Source: an uncultured Desulfobacter sp.
GTDB taxonomy: Bacteria; Desulfobacterota; Desulfobacteria; Desulfobacterales; Desulfobacteraceae
NCBI GenBank assembly: GCA_963665095.1
Contig: OY762069.1
Location: 1,952,001-2,016,000 of the forward strand
Direction: 5' to 3'
DNA: 64,000 nucleotides
Shown here: positions 62,555 through 64,000 of the stretch, one piece after another
Layout of the letters: the number at the start of each line of letters is the position of its first letter
How positions within the stretch are numbered: the stretch's first letter is position 1
The notes under the pieces: generated by a model
The model's database searches: none
Told to the model about the DNA's origin: nothing
Seen by the model: the letters and a program-made list of their open reading frames with translations, nothing else
Translations under genes and position numbers: made by a program

Positions 62555-63591
62555 TCACTCTCGTTTTTAAAATTTAAATGCCGGTATGCTTTTTCCGAGG
62601 CTTTTCTGCCGCTAGAAGTCCGTAATACCAGGCCGATTTTCAGCATATATGGTTCCACAACATCCACAAGGGTGTCGGTTTCTTCCTGTAAGGTAGCGGC
62701 GATGGCCTCTATTCCCACAGGCCCACCTTGATAAAAAAGGATAATGGTCTCAAGATAACTGCGGTCCAAAGGCGTCAAGCCTAAATCATCAATGCCCTCC
62801 AGAGCAAGCGCTTCGGTAACCCCGTTGGTTGTCATAAGCCCCTGGTGCTTCACCATGGAATAATCCCTGACCCGTTTAAGCAGTCTATTTGCAATTCGAG
62901 GGGTCCCCCGTGACCGCCTGGCAAGCTCTAACGCCCCCTCATCTGTTATCCGGGTCTTCAAAAGCAGGGCAGAGCGTTGAATAATGACTGTCAACTCTTC
63001 CACCGAATAAAAATCAAGGGTGCGAAATATCCCAAACCTGTCTCTCAGAGGTGCTGACAACAGCCCCACCCGTGTGGTGGCACCAATCAGCACAAATTGT
63101 TTGAGCCGGTAGCGATGACTTCTGGCATGGATCCCCTTATCAAAAACAAAATCCACGGCAAAATCTTCCATGGCAGGATAAAGGAATTCCTCCACCACCT
63201 TGGGAATTCTGTGAATTTCGTCTACAAAAAGGATATCCCCCTCACCCAAGTTGGTTAAAATCCCCACAAGGTCTCCGCCTTTTTCCAGAGTAGGACCGGA
63301 TGTGACCGTTAACTCTTTGCCCATTTCATTGGCAATAATGTGGGACACAGTTGTTTTACCAAGTCCGGGAGGTCCATGCAAAAGGATATGATCTAAAGGC
63401 TCCCTGCGCATTTTTGCCGCCTGGATAGCAATTTTAAGCGTTTCCACACAGGCTTTCTGGCCCACATACTCATCAAACCGTATTGGCCGCAGGGAAACAA
63501 TCTCAGCACACAGGTCTTCAGGCTTGGGCTGCTCTGATACCACGCCTTTTTTATCAGAGGAGTAGCTTAAAATATCTGTAGCCATGGTCAT
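62551..63591 (-). CDS. ruvB: Holliday junction helicase RuvB
   Basis: [26 protein letters not shown]. Confidence 0.97.
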   Translation of the reverse strand: MTMATDILSYSSDKKGVVSEQPKPEDLCAEIVSLRPIRFDEYVGQKACVETLKIAIQAAKMRREPLDHILLHGPPGLGKTTVSHIIANEMGKELTVTSGPTLEKGGDLVGILTNLGEGDILFVDEIHRIPKVVEEFLYPAMEDFAVDFVFDKGIHARSHRYRLKQFVLIGATTRVGLLSAPLRDRFGIFRTLDFYSVEELTVIIQRSALLLKTRITDEGALELARRSRGTPRIANRLLKRVRDYSMVKHQGLMTTNGVTEALALEGIDDLGLTPLDRSYLETIILFYQGGPVGIEAIAATLQEETDTLVDVVEPYMLKIGLVLRTSSGRKASEKAYRHLNFKNESE

Positions 63592-64000
63592 CTATTTTCC
63601 TGGTAAATTTCGTCAAACAGGTCTTCCGCGGTAGAAATATCCGGATTTCTATCAAGGGCCTCATTAATCATCCTTTTTGCTGATGATGCGGAATGGCCGA
63701 GTTGCTCCGTAAGTACGTCCGTCACTTGCCTGACCATGTGCTCTTTTTCCTCGGACACAGGGACATCCCTGTTTTTTTCAGTCTCAGGCGTCTCGTTTTT
63801 CTGGTTACCGGCAAATGCAGTTACCTTGCCATTAAGGGTAGCCACGATCTTTTCCGCTGTCCGCTTGCCAATGCCGGATAGCTGGGATAAAAACGAGGTA
63901 TCCCTGTCTTCGATTGCCCTTGCCACCTGTGATACCGGTTTTGTCAGGGCCTTAACCGCTTTCATGGGGCCAATGGCCGCCACCGTGATAAACAATTGAA
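63588..64000 (-). CDS. ruvA: RuvA, 5' end outside window
   Basis: [11 protein letters not shown]hH; upstream of ruvB. Confidence 0.85.
   Translation of the reverse strand, partial: QLFITVAAIGPMKAVKALTKPVSQVARAIEDRDTSFLSQLSGIGKRTAEKIVATLNGKVTAFAGNQKNETPETEKNRDVPVSEEKEHMVRQVTDVLTEQLGHSASSAKRMINEALDRNPDISTAEDLFDEIYQENR

Noticed and set aside
1..64000. CRISPR arrays, tRNA, rRNA, prophage
   Set aside because: No regularly spaced repeats, RNA gene signatures or phage genes seen by eye.

Overview
Chromosomal window from a deltaproteobacterium; gene content and IS types suggest a Desulfobacteraceae sulfate reducer (inference). 1-8 kb: TetR/SDR/ThDP-enzyme unit, ugd, an atypical DUF2760-Hsp70 pair and comEA. 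About 9-25 kb and 30-37 kb are IS graveyards. Their nested insertions can be reconstructed from target duplications: two Zn-ribbon/DDE/AAA three-gene transposons, IS4, a split IS200, IS66, IS3, IS21, IS91 and ISNCY-like remnants. Between the two lie cobB, a HIT protein and an aroF-pheA fusion preceded by an unannotated Phe-rich leader peptide with a full attenuator. 37-44.5 kb is a Pgl/Cap-like glycan cluster. 45-64 kb is housekeeping (dacB, folE2, ttcA, rpoZ, greA, psd, tsaB, lon, pilD, cheX, HU, sbcB, rpsI, rplM, ruvB, ruvA). Most notable: (i) a ~170-nt conserved, structured non-coding segment at the 3' end of two otherwise divergent three-gene transposons; (ii) the Phe attenuator; (iii) complementary 5'/3' hairpin loops flanking IS200 tnpA. 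No CRISPR array, rRNA or tRNA was seen. Family calls come from motif recognition, not database searches.
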